From Promethearchaeia archaeon (GTDB lineage: Archaea; Asgardarchaeota; Lokiarchaeia; Sigyniarchaeales; SOKP01): 64,000 bases of DNA. The notes under the pieces were generated by a model. It worked only from the letters and a program-made list of their open reading frames with translations, did no database searches and was not told where the DNA came from. How positions within the stretch are numbered: position 1 is the stretch's first letter; each line of letters starts with the position of its first letter. The position numbers and the translations under genes are program-made. Positions 1-9,395 of this stretch are shown in pieces. The DNA is taken from assembly GCA_029856155.1 (NCBI GenBank), contig JAHQWL010000098.1, forward strand, positions 15,921-79,920, given 5' to 3'.

Positions 1-2
1 TA

Positions 3-110
3 CCTTCAGCAATCAATTCAGATTATGCACGAGCTAGATATACAAATGGAATATTGGAAGTAAAATTGAAAAAAATTGATGAAAAACAAACTGATATCAA
101 GATTGATTAA
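3..110 (+). CDS. Hsp20/alpha-crystallin small heat shock protein, 3' end only (runs off window)
   Basis: Manual translation PSAINSDYARARYTNGILEVKLKK...DIKID*; A-x-Y-x-NGILEV plus C-terminal I-x-I motif. Confidence 0.85.
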   Translation, partial: PSAINSDYARARYTNGILEVKLKKIDEKQTDIKID

Positions 111-258
111 ATTTGCCTTTTATAATATAATCTTTCATTATCTAATTGAGTTCTATTTTTAAAAATTGTTTAAATCAATCTTAATAATTTTATACAAATC
201 TTTATTAATTTCCTTAACACATAAAATCTTAATCAATTTTAAATTGGTTGGAAAAAAA

Positions 259-1272
259 ATGTCTGAAAAAACAGAATTTTTATCAAAAAGAGCTTTATTG
301 GTTATTGGAATTACATTTTTAGCGATATTAATTGTTGGTTTAATTTTATTGGCTACCGGACTAAACTTAGCCTTTTATGCAGAGAGTTCTACTGTAAGAG
401 CTATATTTAAAGCAATAACTTATCTTGGTGAACCTGTTGTATTTATAATAGTCATAGCAATATTGTATATGGCTTACAATAAGAAATTTGCTAAAAATTT
501 AGCTGTTGTTTTATTATTCTCTCATTACCTTAATCAATTGTGCAAATCAATATTTCAGGATCCTCGACCATCAACAAATGTTGGTGATGAGTATGGTTTT
601 GATGATCCATCATATGGATTTCCTTCCGGACATACGCAAAACTCAACTGTTCTTTGGGGATATTCAGCTAAAGAATTTAAGGATAAATATAAATATAATA
701 ATGTTCCAATTATTCCAATCATTCTTTCAGTTATAATATTCCTTGTTGCAATTTCAAGAATAATCATCGGAGTACACGATCTTCAAGATATAATTGGAGG
801 ATCCTTAATTGGTATTGGAGTCTTGTTATTATTAATATACACAGAACCATTTTTCTCAGAGCAATTCAGCAAGTTAAATTTTATTGCAAAGATAGTTTTA
901 ACAGCCGCTGTCGCTATTATATTATTTATTATTGGAACTATATTATTTCCCAATGCTGGCGTGGGATTAGTTGTACCGCCTGTCCTTTATGTTGATGATG
1001 GTGCTTATGCTCAAATAGGAGGCGCACTATTAGGTTTTGGTATAGGATATCTATTGGAGCAAAAATATGTTAAATATGATCCCTCACAACTAACAAACAA
1101 AAAGAAAGTAATAAATATTGTAATAACTATAGTTGTTTTGCTAGTCGTATTCGTACCATTTGAATATGTTTTAACAATTAATAGTGTTTATTATCGATTT
1201 GCCAGATATGCATTTGCTACATTTATATTAGGGTATGTAGTTCCTTTAATTTGCACAAAAATCAATAAATAA
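259..1272 (+). CDS. PAP2-family membrane phosphatase
   Basis: K-x6-RP, PSGH and SR-x5-H-x3-D motifs; many TM segments; ATG 259 preferred over TTG 166. Confidence 0.85.
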   Translation: MSEKTEFLSKRALLVIGITFLAILIVGLILLATGLNLAFYAESSTVRAIFKAITYLGEPVVFIIVIAILYMAYNKKFAKNLAVVLLFSHYLNQLCKSIFQDPRPSTNVGDEYGFDDPSYGFPSGHTQNSTVLWGYSAKEFKDKYKYNNVPIIPIILSVIIFLVAISRIIIGVHDLQDIIGGSLIGIGVLLLLIYTEPFFSEQFSKLNFIAKIVLTAAVAIILFIIGTILFPNAGVGLVVPPVLYVDDGAYAQIGGALLGFGIGYLLEQKYVKYDPSQLTNKKKVINIVITIVVLLVVFVPFEYVLTINSVYYRFARYAFATFILGYVVPLICTKINK

Positions 1273-1325
1273 TTTTAATTCTTTTTTTTTCATTTTATTT
1301 AAAATTGAATAAAAAAAATCAAAAT

Positions 1326-1484
1326 TTACACAGCTATTTTTACCCCTCTCCGGGCTACTTCTTTTAGAAGAAGGCGATTTACAAATTGTTTGTCGCTTTT
1401 GCTAACCTCATTGTGAGGAGTTATTATCTCGTTAATATAAATATCATCCCGTTGAGGATGAGGCATTACTTGTTCGAGGTGCAT
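1326..1484 (-). CDS. possible 52-aa small protein in a hairpin-rich, GC-elevated intergenic segment
   Basis: Manual translation MHLEQVMPHPQRDDIYINEIITPHNEVSKSDKQFVNRLLLKEVARRGVKIAV*; no family recognised. Confidence 0.35.
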   Translation of the reverse strand: MHLEQVMPHPQRDDIYINEIITPHNEVSKSDKQFVNRLLLKEVARRGVKIAV

Positions 1485-1561
1485 CTTAATTAAGTGAAAA
1501 AAAAGTGATTTATAAAATTTCCTATTTATTATCTGAATAAAAAGAAAAATAATCCATATAT

Positions 1562-2539
1562 TTAAATTCCATTAAGTTTAAATTTATAAATCGCAATTTC
1601 CATATTTTGTACAAATTCTCGACTTATTTCATGACCTTTAGTAAAAATTTTATCAAATTTAAATCCTGCTCTATTCTTATGTCCTCCACCTTTATACGTT
1701 CTCGCTAATTCCCGGCAATTAACATAATCACTATGTATAATTATTTCGTTATATCGAAAGTCAATCCCGATATAACATTTTATCTCTGTAAAGTGATCCT
1801 TTAATACAGATACTATTTTTCCCCCACCAAGTGTGGCAAAAGAAATTAAAATTTTGCCAAAATCTTTAATTTCTATTATTTTTACATGATTTAAGGCAAA
1901 TTCGGTTTGTTTATTTTCCCATTGTTTTACTTTCACTAATTCTTCATCAAACCAAGGGTCTTCAAACTTTCCAACAGACATTAAATCAACAATTTTTTTC
2001 TTAACATCATCTAATTCATATCCTCTGTTGTAAGCAATAATTGATTGAAGATTGGATGCAACTTCATACTTTTTTGTTTGGAAATCTATATCTCTAGAAA
2101 ATTTAGCAATCTTATTAGCAACAAAATCATCTGGTAAATAATGATCTTTAATAATTTCGGCGGTACATCTCTTTGGATCATTGAGATAAAGTTTAATTAA
2201 TTTTTGAAGTTCTTCTTCATTGTTTTTATCTATTATGTGATGATCAAACCAAAGTATTTCACAATAGTTGTCTTCCGCCTTACTAAATAGAGAGAATAAT
2301 TCTCTGAAATCATCGTTAAAACCAATATCAGAAATAATAAATTGTCCTTGTTGCAAAGGAACGTTATTAATTATTTGTTTTACAATAGTTATGAAATTTG
2401 TATAATGAGCATAATATAATTTCATTTCTTGAGCTTTTTCTTTATTAGAATGAGTGAAACATCTTTTAATAATTGCTTGTGAACCTAATCCATCAAGATC
2501 TAATTCATGAGTAATAGAAACAATCATTTTTTCTAACAT
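1562..2539 (-). CDS. DHH/DHHA1-family phosphoesterase
   Basis: THxxDLDG, DHH and GGGHxxRAG motifs. Confidence 0.85.
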   Translation of the reverse strand: MLEKMIVSITHELDLDGLGSQAIIKRCFTHSNKEKAQEMKLYYAHYTNFITIVKQIINNVPLQQGQFIISDIGFNDDFRELFSLFSKAEDNYCEILWFDHHIIDKNNEEELQKLIKLYLNDPKRCTAEIIKDHYLPDDFVANKIAKFSRDIDFQTKKYEVASNLQSIIAYNRGYELDDVKKKIVDLMSVGKFEDPWFDEELVKVKQWENKQTEFALNHVKIIEIKDFGKILISFATLGGGKIVSVLKDHFTEIKCYIGIDFRYNEIIIHSDYVNCRELARTYKGGGHKNRAGFKFDKIFTKGHEISREFVQNMEIAIYKFKLNGI

Positions 2540-2584
2540 GTTTAAAATAGTAATTTATAATATATTTTTAGAACAAAATATTTT

Positions 2585-3037
2585 TTAAAATAAGTCTAAT
2601 AATGATTTAACTTTTTCTCTTCCTTCGATATTCCCAATACACTCTAGAATTCTTTTGGATAATTCCTTTTTCTTTTTAAAATAAATTTTCATTATATCTT
2701 CTAAAGATTTATGAGGATATCTTTCTACTAACGCGAGATCTCTTCTTGAACACCCACTTTGGCGCATACAACAATAAGAAAGTGAACCAAAACATACAAT
2801 TTCAGAATCCCAGTTATTTTCTTTCGAGAATTCGTCCTTAATTCGGATAAATTCGTCAGTTCCAAGACCTATCTCATTTAATTTTTCATCTCTTCTGCAC
2901 TTTAACCCAAATGTAAGAGAATAACCCGGTTTACAACAAAATGTTAAAGCACGATAGTCCCCTCCCATACATATTGGTACAGGGGCATTATTTTCCCATC
3001 CTGGAAGGTTCCTAATTTTATCTTCTTCTAACTTCAA
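2585..3037 (-). CDS. methanogenesis marker 9 domain-like Cys-rich protein
   Basis: W-x2-NAPVPICMGGDYRALTFCCKP and CFGSLSYCC; start moved to TTG ~3037 because the ORF-track N-terminus overlaps a tRNA gene. Confidence 0.7.
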   Translation of the reverse strand: MKLEEDKIRNLPGWENNAPVPICMGGDYRALTFCCKPGYSLTFGLKCRRDEKLNEIGLGTDEFIRIKDEFSKENNWDSEIVCFGSLSYCCMRQSGCSRRDLALVERYPHKSLEDIMKIYFKKKKELSKRILECIGNIEGREKVKSLLDLF

Positions 3038-3104
3038 ATTATTCTCAAATAGCCTAATTTTTAATAATCCTATATAAATATAATAAGAGGGCTCGGTACG
3101 GGAA

Positions 3105-3134
3105 TTATTCCGAAAAGAATATGTTTCTTTCCGT
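3105..3134 (-). other. tRNA intron in T-loop (58/59), BHB-type, 30 nt
   Basis: GTTC/GAAT central helix, bulges AAA and AAT, 9-bp stem CGGAAAGAA/TTCTTTTCG, 5-nt loop. Confidence 0.9.
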
Positions 3135-3146
3135 TTGAACCCGTCT

Positions 3147-3176
3147 GTCCCCGGTTGTAAGGATATTTTCAAACCT
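3147..3176 (-). other. tRNA intron in variable region (~45/46), BHB-type, 30 nt
   Basis: CCCT/GGGG central helix, bulges AGA and ACA, GGTT/AACC intron stem. Confidence 0.8.
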
Positions 3177-3279
3177 CTAGGGATTCACAGTCCCCAATAC
3201 TAACCACTATACGAACCGAGCCATAGTTTTTTTTTAATTATAAATCTAAATGTTTACTTATAAAAAAATTTAATTATCC

Positions 3280-3852
3280 CTATTGTTTTTTACTTACTAT
3301 AGAAATTATATAGTTTAGACATTGATTAATTGCATCATCCAGTTTTCCAGAATTATCAATAATTAAATCTGCTTCTGGAAATAATTGATAACCTTTTGCT
3401 CGTTCTATTCTTTCTTCTAATAATTCTGATCTTTCCCTTCCTCGAACTTTTAAACGTTTTATGGTTGTTTCAAGAGGTACATATATGAAAACTATTTTAA
3501 GATTCTTATAAATTTCTCGTGTTTTTTTCAAAATTGACCGACTTACATTAATAATAACGGGGTGTCCATCTTTAAGAAAATCCTCAATTTTTATAGGAAT
3601 TCCATAGGATAAACCATAAATTTGCCATTTAAATGCAAACATTCCTTTTTTATCCATTTTTTTGAAATCTTCTGGAGATATCGAAAAATTTTTTTCAGTT
3701 TCGGAAGGTGGTCGAGTAATGAATCTTTTTGGTGCATAAATCTGTTTCAAATAAGGCGGATAAGCTTTAATAACACCTGAAATTATTGAATCCTTACCAG
3801 AACCAGAGTTTCCTACAATTAAAAATAATGTACCTAGGAAATTTTTTATCAT
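3280..3852 (-). CDS. phnN: ribose 1,5-bisphosphate phosphokinase (PhnN-like, guanylate kinase fold)
   Basis: GNSGSGKDS P-loop, R-x-ITRP, FAFKW-x-IYGLSYGIP, NVSR, RGRE. Confidence 0.8.
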   Translation of the reverse strand: MIKNFLGTLFLIVGNSGSGKDSIISGVIKAYPPYLKQIYAPKRFITRPPSETEKNFSISPEDFKKMDKKGMFAFKWQIYGLSYGIPIKIEDFLKDGHPVIINVSRSILKKTREIYKNLKIVFIYVPLETTIKRLKVRGRERSELLEERIERAKGYQLFPEADLIIDNSGKLDDAINQCLNYIISIVSKKQ

Positions 3853-3995
3853 TTACTTATTGGAAATAATAAAATAATAAAATTAAATCCATCTAAAAAA
3901 CAATTAAAATATAAAGATCATAAAGACTTATAAGATTGATTTATGTTAACAATCTTGAAAAAAATATAATAAGTTTAAAATAAAAAAATAAATAT

Positions 3996-4430
3996 TTGCC
4001 TTTAGAAATGGCCAAAAAAAGTAATAAATCAGAATCAAAGATTTCAGATATTCCCGAAAGTTATCAGAGATACGTAGACGAGATTCATATTATCTCCAGG
4101 AAAAAAAAGGGGGGTTGGGTTACAAATAAAGAAATTGCAGAAAGCCTTCATGTAGAACCGGCTTCCGTGTCGGGAATGTTAGAAAAATTAAAAAATAAGG
4201 GTTTAATCAAATGGGAACCAAGAAAGGCTATTAGATTAACTGAAGAGGGTAAAAAAATTGCTTCACAATTAGATGAAATTCATTCTCTCCTTTATCAATT
4301 TTTTGAAGAAGTTCTAAAAATAGAAAATCAAGATGTTATTGAAAATCTATCTTGTGAAATAGAACATCATATTACTCGAGGTGTTAAAGAATCATTAGAA
4401 CAATTTCTTTCAAAATACTTAGATGATTAA
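3996..4430 (+). CDS. DtxR/MntR-family metal-dependent transcriptional regulator
   Basis: EIAESLHVEPASVSGML HTH, LTEEG, CEIEHH. Confidence 0.85.
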   Translation: MPLEMAKKSNKSESKISDIPESYQRYVDEIHIISRKKKGGWVTNKEIAESLHVEPASVSGMLEKLKNKGLIKWEPRKAIRLTEEGKKIASQLDEIHSLLYQFFEEVLKIENQDVIENLSCEIEHHITRGVKESLEQFLSKYLDD

Positions 4431-4495
4431 TTTTAATTATAATCCTTAATTCAATGATGCAAGTACCTTAAAATATTTCCTCAAATGCATTTAAA

Positions 4496-5254
4496 ATGTC
4501 TGATAATTTAAAAGAAAAAGTAAGATTAGTAGATATAATATTTGAAAACTTTTCTAACTTTATTGAATTGAAAGATTTTAGATCTTTTTTACTATTTACT
4601 CTAACTAGTCAAGTTCCAACTAATATATTAGCTCAAATCGGGTTAGGAGGTAATAAAGAAGTTATAAACTTACCTTATAATCCTCTATTTAATATTTATT
4701 ATCAGAAAATTAATTTGATATCAGCAGGGTCTTTAATAATTTACGTAAAGAACGAGCCTATAACTGATAAATTTACATTAGAAAAAGATCATCAAATAAT
4801 AAAAAATTTTCTAACTGCTAATGAAATGAATCTAGCATTTCGAGGTAAAGAAAAATTTCTCCTCCCGAAGATTAGTGATTGCTCAGCTTATAATAACAAC
4901 GGAAAATCTAATTTAACAATTAAAGTTGACGATCTATTCCATTCATTAGAAAGTTTCTTAGCAGTAGCGGAACCAAATTTGCTCTTTGTTGTAGATGCTA
5001 CTAATGAATCAGAATCTGATATATTATTTACGTTTAACATGGTGCCAGAGATATCCGGTCATATCGATCAAAGGGTTCTGAAAATCGATGTTTTTTTTGA
5101 TAAGGACCATAAAACAAGAGATAAAACCTATTTAAAAAGAGAAGAAGATTATACAATAAAATTTTTAAATGATATCAAAGAAATAAGTCATGCAGATACA
5201 TATAAGTCAGCTTTTTCATTAATACTGCATGTAAAATCATTTTCAAAACCATAG
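4496..5254 (+). CDS. hypothetical protein
   Basis: 252-aa ORF; no motif recognised. Confidence 0.6.
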   Translation: MSDNLKEKVRLVDIIFENFSNFIELKDFRSFLLFTLTSQVPTNILAQIGLGGNKEVINLPYNPLFNIYYQKINLISAGSLIIYVKNEPITDKFTLEKDHQIIKNFLTANEMNLAFRGKEKFLLPKISDCSAYNNNGKSNLTIKVDDLFHSLESFLAVAEPNLLFVVDATNESESDILFTFNMVPEISGHIDQRVLKIDVFFDKDHKTRDKTYLKREEDYTIKFLNDIKEISHADTYKSAFSLILHVKSFSKP

Positions 5255-5502
5255 TATGACTCAATTCTTTTTATTTCTTTCATCTTGATTTAGAATGTTA
5301 GATATAAAAAATATATATTAGTGTATTAATACTATTATTGCATTTATTAGATAGTTGATAGAATTATATTCGTTAACAATTAAGCGATTAATACAATTAA
5401 AGGATTAATATAATCAATTTATATATCATCCGACAAAATATATTAAATATAATATTCAGTATTCAGTTTAATTTTAAATATCATGTAAAAAGGGTTGATA
5501 AA

Positions 5503-5706
5503 ATGAAGATTATTACAATAAATTTACCAGAAAAGTATTTGCAAGCAATTCAAATTTTAAATGACATGGGGGTTTATCCTTCCCGGAGTGAGGCGATAAG
5601 AATTGCTTTGAATGAATTTTTAGCGAAAGAATTAAAAATGTACAACGATCTCGATGATCATAGCTTTAAAATGCTTATAAGAAGCAAAACTAATAAAAAA
5701 AATTAA
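5503..5706 (+). CDS. ribbon-helix-helix (CopG-like) regulator
   Basis: MKIITINLPE...YPSRSEAIRIAL; GGGTTGA RBS-like element upstream. Confidence 0.85.
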   Translation: MKIITINLPEKYLQAIQILNDMGVYPSRSEAIRIALNEFLAKELKMYNDLDDHSFKMLIRSKTNKKN

Positions 5707-5861
5707 TCTTATCTCTTTTTTTCATTTTAGAATTTAAATCTCTAGGTTTTAATGTATTATCTTTAATTCACTTGATTTCCCAAAATGAATTAATTAAAAA
5801 ATTAAATAGAAAAAAGACATAATAAAATTGATCTATTAATATCTAAAATTGTTAACGAATC

Positions 5862-7130
5862 ATGAAATATTTAAAATCTACGCAAATACTGACTTTATTA
5901 ACTCTTTTCTCAAGTGCCTTGTTTAGCATAATAAGCCCCATGGCAGAAGAGATTTCTTTTACTTTGAATTTTAATGAAAATCAAGTACCATTCATAAATT
6001 CAATGTTTTTAATAGTTGGTGCTGTTAGTTCTCTTATATGGGCAATTTTAGGAGACAAAACTTCAAGGAAAGTATTACTTGTTATTTCAACCCTCGAATG
6101 GTCAGTTCTCACGCTACTTACAATTTTCTCTACTAATTTTCTTTCTTTATTAACATTTCAATTAATTACAGCAATAGGATTTGGGGCAGCATTACCGCTA
6201 ATCTTCTCCTTAACAATAGATTTAGTTGATCCAAAAAACCGCGGAAAAAAATTTGGGACTTTATCAGCTGTTTATGTTTTAGGTAATGGATTAGGACAAA
6301 TCCTTTCGGGATTCTTAATAGATTACTACACATGGCAAATGCCACTTTTAATTATTTCTATAAGTGGGTTTGTTTGTACGGGATTGTTATTTTTAGTTAA
6401 AGAGCCTTTAAGAGGAAGCACAGATGACCTCTATAAATCAATTGAAGAGGGTGCTCTTGGAATAGGATATAAAATTAAGATAAAAGACCTTAAGCAAATT
6501 TGGAAAATCAAATCAACTTTATGGATATTATTATTGAATTTTACCATGTTTATCTCTATAGGTGCCATATCATCATTTTTTATTTCAATGTTGAAAAATG
6601 ATTTTGATCTGACTTCAACTATAGCAACTTTAGTATTAATTTTAGTATTTGGTTCTCAAGTTCCCGCAGGGCCTCTCTTTGGTAAATGGGGAGATAAAAA
6701 ATATGAGACTGAAAAGAAAGGAAGGATGAAAGTTGTGCTAATATGTCTTTTATCTGGCTCAATTTTATATATTATAGCTTATTCACTATTTTTTATTTCG
6801 ACAGAATTACCTTTTATTATTATGTTTATTATCCTTACAATAGGAGGTGCCTTTTTATTCGGGGGTATTGACCCGTTAACGCAAGCTACTCTCGGAATCA
6901 ACCCTCCACAGATTAGATCAACAATTTATTCTATCAATTATTTGACCTACACTTTTGGACGTAGTATAAGTTTACTACTTCTTGGCCAATTCTTCATTAT
7001 CTTTAATAACTTTTATAGTCCAGGTTATTTGATTTTATCGATAATGGCTCTATTATGCTCGTTAACTCTTATCCCTATTTTAAAAACACTACCAAGAGAT
7101 ATTGAGAATATAAAATCGAATATAATTTAA
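5862..7130 (+). CDS. MFS transporter
   Basis: ~12 TM segments; LGDKTSRK motif A. Confidence 0.85.
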   Translation: MKYLKSTQILTLLTLFSSALFSIISPMAEEISFTLNFNENQVPFINSMFLIVGAVSSLIWAILGDKTSRKVLLVISTLEWSVLTLLTIFSTNFLSLLTFQLITAIGFGAALPLIFSLTIDLVDPKNRGKKFGTLSAVYVLGNGLGQILSGFLIDYYTWQMPLLIISISGFVCTGLLFLVKEPLRGSTDDLYKSIEEGALGIGYKIKIKDLKQIWKIKSTLWILLLNFTMFISIGAISSFFISMLKNDFDLTSTIATLVLILVFGSQVPAGPLFGKWGDKKYETEKKGRMKVVLICLLSGSILYIIAYSLFFISTELPFIIMFIILTIGGAFLFGGIDPLTQATLGINPPQIRSTIYSINYLTYTFGRSISLLLLGQFFIIFNNFYSPGYLILSIMALLCSLTLIPILKTLPRDIENIKSNII

Positions 7131-7158
7131 TTTACTTTTTTTTATATAAAGAATTATC

Positions 7159-7866
7159 ATGGAAATAAAGACTGACTTGTGTATAGGGTGTGGGCAATGT
7201 ATAATTATTTGTCCAGTTCAAGCTATAAGACTAATAGATAATAAAGCGATAATAGATCAGGATCTATGTGTTGAATGTGCAGTGTGCTATCGAGATGCGG
7301 GATGTCCTGTTAACGCAATTAGGTTGAAGCGATTGAAGTGGCCAAGAATAATTAGGAGTCCATTAAGTAATGTAATGGCTACCCATAAAATTACAGGGAT
7401 CCCCGGAAGGGGTACTGAAGAGATGAAGACTAATGATGTAACAAACCGTTTTAACACTAATGAAATCGGAGTTTCTATTGAATTAGGTAGACCCGGGGTG
7501 GGGGCTCACCTTAGAGATATTGAACTTTTCACTACAAAACTTTCTAGAATTGGTGTTGAATATGAAGAACAGAGTCCAGTAACAGCAATTATAATTGATA
7601 AAGAAGGTCATATCAAAGATGACATTAAAGATGAATTTGTTCTCTCAGCATTTATTGAATTAAAAATACCTAGAGAGAAAATTAGTCAGGTTTTACAAAT
7701 AATAAGAGATGTAGAAGAAGAAATTGATACAGTATTTACTGTTGGCATAATTTCAAGGGTAAAAGAAAATAACTTTGACCCTATCGTAAAGATATTATCA
7801 CAACAAGGATTTGAAATTAAACCTAATGCAAAAGTCAACATTGGATTAGGTAAAATATTGAAATAA
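7159..7866 (+). CDS. 2x[4Fe-4S] ferredoxin-domain protein with uncharacterised C-terminal domain
   Basis: CIGCGQC-x3-CP and CVECAVC-x5-CP; GRGTEEMKTNDVT; ELGRPG. Confidence 0.8.
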   Translation: MEIKTDLCIGCGQCIIICPVQAIRLIDNKAIIDQDLCVECAVCYRDAGCPVNAIRLKRLKWPRIIRSPLSNVMATHKITGIPGRGTEEMKTNDVTNRFNTNEIGVSIELGRPGVGAHLRDIELFTTKLSRIGVEYEEQSPVTAIIIDKEGHIKDDIKDEFVLSAFIELKIPREKISQVLQIIRDVEEEIDTVFTVGIISRVKENNFDPIVKILSQQGFEIKPNAKVNIGLGKILK

Positions 7867-7882
7867 GAAGGTAAGGGGAATA

Positions 7883-8476
7883 ATGACACATTCATTACAT
7901 AGAAAAGGCAAAAAAGCAGATTTACAAAAAGATTATGTTATTTTAGCTATGCTAGCTAAAGGAATCAATGATAAATTTCCTGATTCGCGCCATAGGTTAA
8001 TACAAATTGGTGAAATTCTAAATGAATATAATCCTATAAATATACTTCCTAAAGAACTTTGGAAGGTTTCTCCTGTTATCACAGCAACTTATACTGATAT
8101 AAAAACTGTGAAAAAACTAATAAAAACTCTTAAAAAAGAAGATTTAGGGATCTCTATCGTTGTGAGTGGATTACTTGAAGAAATTCAAAAGATGGCATCC
8201 AAAATTGATCTAAAATTGCATACCGTCCATTATTCTTTAGGTATCTTTGGGAAAAAAGAGTTACTGCCTTCAGATAAAATTTTAGAAATTACAACAATGT
8301 GCGGGCATCATTGTATCTCACCGCAATCTGTTTTGTATTATGTGAAATTGATTAGAGATAAAAAAATCTCGGTAGAAAAAGCAGCAGAAAAATTAAAAAA
8401 GCCTTGTGTTTGTGGAATTTTCAATCTCTCTAGAGCTGTGCAAATCCTTAATATAATAGCTAAAGATTCTTCTTAA
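7883..8476 (+). CDS. hypothetical Cys/His protein, likely partner of the upstream ferredoxin protein
   Basis: MTHSLHR, TMCGH and PCVCGIFN motifs; 16-nt spacing. Confidence 0.7.
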   Translation: MTHSLHRKGKKADLQKDYVILAMLAKGINDKFPDSRHRLIQIGEILNEYNPINILPKELWKVSPVITATYTDIKTVKKLIKTLKKEDLGISIVVSGLLEEIQKMASKIDLKLHTVHYSLGIFGKKELLPSDKILEITTMCGHHCISPQSVLYYVKLIRDKKISVEKAAEKLKKPCVCGIFNLSRAVQILNIIAKDSS

Positions 8477-8597
8477 TTTTTAAAATAAGTAATTCATATC
8501 TCAAGATATAAATAGTCAATTAATTTATTTTCAATTAGAAAAAAAGGAATTCAAGTATTATATTCATACAACGAAAATAGATATAAAGGTAAAATTA

Positions 8598-9236
8598 ATG
8601 AAAATAGCAATTATAGGAACAGGAAGATTAGGGAGTACTTTAGGGAAAATTTGGGCAGAAAAAGGACACATGATTATGTTTGGCTCTCAAGATCCCCAGA
8701 AAGCAATAAAGTTAGCTAATTCAATCGGATTCAATGCAACTGGAGGAACATATGAAGAAGCTTCAAAATTTAGTGAAATAATCATTCTAGCAGTTCCATG
8801 GTCAGGCGCAAAAGAATCAATCAAAAAAGCTGGAGATTTAAAAGATAAGATTATTGTAGATTCTACTACTACTGCTGCACCCCATTTAGGAGGACCTTTA
8901 ATAGTACCTACTCCATCTGCTGCAGAAAAAGTTGCAAAATGGGCAGTAGGCGCTAAAGTAATAAAAGCAGTTCATACTATTGGAGTAGATAGTTTAACTA
9001 AATTACAATTTGGTTCCCAACAAGCAAGTTTATTTGTTTGTGGTGATTATTTGGACGCAAAATCAAAATTGAAGCAATTAGGACTCGATCTCGGTTTTGA
9101 AGTTATTGATGTTGGACCACTTACAAATGCTAGACTTATCGAACCTTTAGCAATGCTTTGGATTGAATTAGCTTATAATCAAGGAATGGGGACAGATATT
9201 ACCTTTAAATTATTAAGACGTAGGAAGGCAAAATAA
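8598..9236 (+). CDS. F420-dependent NADP oxidoreductase family protein
   Basis: IAIIGTGRLG, ILAVPW, VCGD, DVGPL-x2-AR-x2-EP. Confidence 0.8.
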   Translation: MKIAIIGTGRLGSTLGKIWAEKGHMIMFGSQDPQKAIKLANSIGFNATGGTYEEASKFSEIIILAVPWSGAKESIKKAGDLKDKIIVDSTTTAAPHLGGPLIVPTPSAAEKVAKWAVGAKVIKAVHTIGVDSLTKLQFGSQQASLFVCGDYLDAKSKLKQLGLDLGFEVIDVGPLTNARLIEPLAMLWIELAYNQGMGTDITFKLLRRRKAK

Positions 9237-9395
9237 CTAATTTACTAATTTAATTTTTCTCTTTTCTATGTCATTTTTTTTTGCGGTAGATTTCAGTTAA
9301 GTTATAACTTTAACCTATAAAATAAAATTAATTTAAAAATTATAAATAATCATAGGTAGATTATATTTTAATAAATATTGATTTATGAATGAGAT

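Larger units (their letters stand above)
3090..3222 (-). tRNA. tRNA-His(GUG) with encoded G-1 and two 30-nt non-canonical introns (positions ~45/46 and 58/59)
   Basis: 8-bp acceptor GGCTCGGT/ACCGAGCC; D-arm GTATAGTGGTTAGTAT; anticodon arm GGGGA-CTGTGAA-TCCCT; removing 3147-3176 and 3105-3134 gives T-arm ACGGG-TTCAATT-CCCGT and a 73-nt tRNA; CCA not encoded. Confidence 0.93.

Noticed and set aside
3038-3172. N-terminal extension of ORF 2585-3172
   Set aside because: Overlaps the intron-containing tRNA-His; not coding
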